DNA of 64,000 nucleotides from Amphiscolops sp. MND2022 (Eukaryota). A model generated the notes under the pieces. The model saw only the letters and a program-made list of their open reading frames with translations. It made no database searches and was not told where the DNA came from. Of the stretch, positions 61,965-64,000 are shown piece after piece. Position 1 is the first letter of the stretch; each line of letters starts with the position of its first letter. The stretch spans positions 59,522,001-59,586,000 of the forward strand of contig OZ076409.1 in NCBI GenBank assembly GCA_964187785.1. The letters run 5' to 3'. The position numbers and the translations under genes are program-made.

Positions 61965-62200
61965 TTAGAAAGAAGCATTGTTTTTGTTTTCAAGTACGAT
62001 TTGAATTTCTTAGGAGAAAGCAATGATATTTTGTTGAAATGAATTGTATTATTCAGTCAGCAGCGGAAGTGAAGAGAAAAGGTATTGTCAGCATTATCAG
62101 CAGTCTGAGATGTTATTGTTAGTGAAGTGAGTTTATTGTAGAGAGAGTGGCACTTGAGCATTGTTATATTTTAAGTGATTTTGGTTTCTGGAGAAAAGGA

Positions 62201-62218
62201 GAATAGCTCCTGTCACCA
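62201..62218 (-). promoter_or_regulatory. Primer-binding site TGGTGACAGGAG (tRNA-Leu-like)
   Basis: Immediately follows the 5' LTR and begins TGG; 11/12 match to the complement of the tRNA-Leu(CAG) 3' end as recalled (TGGTGTCAGGAG). Confidence 0.7.
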
Positions 62219-62631
62219 TGTCATAGATCAAAAAGTTTAGGCAGAGCGGTGGAAAAGTTTTATTCATTTTGGCAATTCTTCTAGGAGCTGAAGGGTTCTC
62301 TCCTATAGAGATTCTCCGGAAAGTGAGAGTTGATGTTTTGAATAATTAATTAGAGTGTTTCAGAGAGATGAAGGTATTTACAAAATGTAAGAAGGAGTTT
62401 AGCATAGTTGAAGATATACTTGAAATATCGAAAAGAAATGATAGAGGTTCTGGTTGAACGTGTTTATAGTTCGTTAGTTCTCTCAGTTGTGTGTTGGGTC
62501 CACTTCCAGTGCTACAGAGGCTTTCTCATCGTATTCGTGTTGATCTGTGATTGGCTGCCACATCTGATTAGTCCACGTCTGTCCTGTGAATACTTGAACG
62601 AAATTTTGTACATGATTCTTGAATCATGACA
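62219..62631 (-). repeat. 5' LTR (413 bp)
   Basis: TG...CA ends; adjacent PBS; followed by TSD TCGAA. Confidence 0.97.
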
Positions 62632-64000
62632 TCGAAAGATTGAAATTGAGCAGTAACAATTTCATTATCCTTGTAACTAATTTTTTATAATCGTTCTACC
62701 AATAAATGCTAAACCAAAAGCTGTTCAAAATCAAGACCCTGTTATTTCAACAATCAAACACAAAATTAAGTATTTTAATAAGTTGGGTCTCAGATATTTT
62801 CTAAAAAAGTCACATTAAATACATAAAATAATTCTGTCGGTGTCACCTTCAATCTCGGTCCACTTCACTGGAAAACATTATCGAAACGCGAAGAAAATTC
62901 CCCACAACAATGCATCGCTCATTGATCCTCCTATTGAACATGCGCAATAGACTGCAGTTTCTTTCAGCAGGTCCAATTACGACAGCAGGTATCATGAATC
63001 GCAGGATTTTTGAGATTGAAAACACTTCTAGGACAAAATCATAATTTCATTACCTTTTTTATTGGGCTTCCTGTTTTCGTATCACCGGTGAATTCACACT
63101 ACTCCCGACAATTATCACAGCTTTCATGAAGATTTTTAAGAACTTTTGAAAATTTTAAGATTCATTAGCAGCGAGAAACCATCAATACTGAAAATTCGCA
63201 ATTGGTAATCGCTATATGGACTTACAAGTTACCAGAGAAACATGTGTATTTCAGACCCCCTTTCTCAATGGCTATCGACTTTCTCTAAATATAACACCAA
63301 TAAACAACAATTAAGCGAGCTTTCGCATCAATTTTTTAGTCCGCGTTTTCGGAGAAAATGCAAGGCTGTCACAAAGACTAGTTTTTTTTCTCCAGTAGCT
63401 AGGATCCGTCTACTTTCACGAATCATAGATGGAGCAACGATAAAGTAAAAGGCCAATTTGTCTAGCCAGCACGCTATATCCAATTTTTAGATGTTATATA
63501 CGAAGTAAGTTGCGTTTCAGGAAAGAGGCTCAAAAAGCACTCCCACGTGACCCAGCACGCTATATCCGAACCTTTAACCTTATATCCGAAGTAAGTTGCA
63601 TTCTACTAAAGTGGAGGTTCGAAAATATTGCGATATAACCCATTTTTTTAAGACCACAAGCGTTTGCGAGCTTGAAGCTTCTTTTTCGGCACTATGAAAC
63701 TTTTTCCCGACAAAAACTTTCAAAAAATAATTTTGAGAAAATGGTTTTGTTTTCAGTTGGGAGCTGGTTTTCGAATCTTATTCGCATCCTTTCAGGTATT
63801 TTTCGGCACTGAGAAATTCATAAATTTTTAACAATAGTGTCAATAATAAAGGCATTTGCATAATTAAGAGACTTGGTTTTTTGAAACTCGAGCGGGGCGC
63901 CGACTTGGGCTGTGCCCAGCTTGTTCTAGTTTAAGAAAGTGAAATTGTTCGAACCAAAATATTCGAAGCACAAATCAGGAAAATCCATGCAGGTTTTTAT

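Larger units (their letters stand above)
49884..62631 (-). mobile_element. Full-length env-bearing Ty3/Gypsy LTR retrotransposon (12,748 bp) with an antisense accessory gene
   Basis: Two 413-bp LTRs with TGTCAT...ATGACA ends; 5-bp TSD TCGAA (49879-49883 and 62632-62636); PBS; gag-PR-RT-RH-IN order; env. Confidence 0.97.

Overview
AT-rich, intron-containing, transposon-dense animal-type genomic DNA (not prokaryotic). Host genes: a complete 7-exon CCDC93 (minus, 29007-44197, about 622 aa), an NFKBIL1-like gene (minus; exons recognised at 7654-8222, 9692-9773 and probably 24580-24753), and the last two exons of an unidentified plus-strand gene (2585-3497). Mobile DNA: many copies of a Helentron/DINE-1-like non-autonomous family, MITE-like palindromes, tRNA-derived SINEs (one with its A-box amplified into a roughly 34 x 21-bp minisatellite), and a nest in which a decayed CRE-like non-LTR element is interrupted by a hAT element and a Mag-like Gypsy element. 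The highlight is a young 12.7-kb Ty3/Gypsy LTR element (49884-62631; 413-bp LTRs with one visible mismatch; TCGAA TSD). It carries gag, a -1-frameshifted pol and a class I fusion (F-type) env. Between pol and env, on the OPPOSITE strand, it also carries an apparently intact five-exon gene that the ORF track splits into fragments. Spliced by hand, this gene gives a 355-aa protein with an integrase-type HHCC zinc finger joined to an OTU-like cysteine protease (deubiquitinase-like) domain. All domain calls are from motif reading by eye, not database searches.
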